NCBI GenBank assembly: GCA_032718475.1
Contig: JAUCBJ010002212.1
Coordinates: forward strand, 1-52,179
Reading direction: 5' to 3'
Source of the DNA: Nemertoderma westbladi
Taxonomy: Eukaryota > Animalia > Xenacoelomorpha
Length of the DNA: 52,179 nt
Shown one piece after another: positions 51,262 to 52,179 of the stretch. The position numbers and the translations under genes are program-made. The notes under the pieces were generated by a model. It made no database searches and was not told the origin of the DNA. It saw only the letters and a program-made list of their open reading frames with translations. Position 1 is the stretch's first letter. Each line of letters starts with the position of its first letter.

Positions 51262-52179
51262 ATGCTATCTTCCCGGTGAGAAGATAGCATCACCTATGAG
51301 TGCGCTTCAATTCCGCTGGAACCCGATCTACTATCGGGTGTGGGGTGGAGTTCTTTTACTTGGAGTCGGCTTTCCAGGCCGCTCCCTCTGGGTATGATTT
51401 CACTACCCCTTCTTGGTGCAACCGCAACCTATGTTGCACCAAGACATCTGACGTCTCTGTTTGAGACAATTGTGGACTCCTCACACAATTTTAAAATCTC
51501 CCTCACTCTGAACTCTTACTTCTCACTCTAACTCCACTCTAACTCCACTCTACTTTATCTAACTCCACTCCACTCTATCTAACTTCACTCTGAATCGCAC
51601 TCCTCTCACTCTCCCTGTCAACACCTCCTCTCCATACTTCCCTGTGCTCCTCTCATACTGGTTCTCATGCTACTATACTGTGCTATCATTCTATTTACCT
51701 TATCTAAATCTTACTTCTTACTTACTACTTATTACCTAACTCTCTTACTCGACTAACTCTCTAACCCTACTAACTCTACCTCTACTAACTCTCTAACCCT
51801 CTACTTAGAACTCTCTAACTCTACTAACTCTCTTACTCTACTAACTATTCTAACGGTACTACGCACCCTCTTACTCTATAACTTTACTAACTCGGACTCT
51901 ACTAACTCTCTGTGTAACTCTCTTAACTACATGGCGCTTTCGGTGCCCACAACCCCTCCACTTACTACTTTCTACGTGGCGCTTATGGAGCCCACAACCC
52001 CTCTACTACTACTTTCTACGTGGCGCTTCCAGTGCCCACAACCCCTCTGCTACTACTCGTGGTATATCAATATATCACACTCCCTTACTGTCTACTTCTA
52101 ACTCCTCCTCTTACTTTCTCTTACTAACTTCTATTAACTTTCTTATTTCTACTTACTATCTAACTTCTACAAACTTTCT
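51262..52179 (-). mobile_element. Putative non-coding internal/3' UTR region of the LTR element, low-complexity (purine-rich on the minus strand)
   Basis: Contiguous with the PPT; no credible ORF; CACTCTAACTC and ACTAACTCTCT-type degenerate repeats; runs off the window end. Confidence 0.5.
51927..52057 (+). repeat. ~44-bp tandem repeat x3 (CTACRTGGCGCTTNNNNNGCCCACAACCCCTC..CTACT)
   Basis: Copies start at ~51927, ~51972 and ~52016. Conserved flanks with a variable 5-nt centre (TCGGT / ATGGA / CCAGT). Confidence 0.88.

Noticed and set aside
51340-51531. Plus-strand ORF of 63 aa
   Set aside because: No motif; lies in structured, low-complexity non-coding sequence.
51927-51950. CTACA|TGGCGC as LTR end plus primer-binding site of a plus-strand element
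   Set aside because: CTACA does not mirror TGTGA, the following bases do not look like a tRNA 3'-end complement, and the motif is part of a tandem repeat.
52075-52090. Alternative LTR boundary TCACA|CTCCCTTAC (LTR of ~1.5 kb)
   Set aside because: Weaker purine tract than at 51253. Not fully excluded without the partner LTR.

Overview
AT-rich eukaryotic (probably invertebrate) genomic DNA with no intact host gene. About 83% of the window (5353-48785) is one uninterrupted tandem satellite array of roughly 860-870 monomers. Each monomer has a near-invariant 40-bp core (GGAGAGGTCACCTAACCACACAACTCACTCTTATCCAACC) plus a short variable linker, giving a dominant 51-bp unit (linker AAATAATTGAG) and a 45-bp unit (linker ACATT). 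The array is layered: a homogeneous block, variant-specific domains and incipient higher-order repeats. The left flank (1-5350) is a patchwork of degenerate repeat modules, a ~135-bp palindromic MITE/Crypton-like element, several hairpins and a degenerate tRNA-like Pol III unit inside a probable DNA-transposon relic. The right flank holds a dead RTE-type LINE on the minus strand (FADD mutated to FAGY, frameshifted, (TAG)n tail). The LINE is cut off at 50584 by a putative LTR retroelement (TGTGA...TCACA LTR at 50585-51252, PPT at 51253-51261) with an unusually hairpin-rich PPT neighbourhood. I see no convincing novel protein-coding system; the interesting signals are structural and evolutionary. 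All counts and alignments were made by eye.
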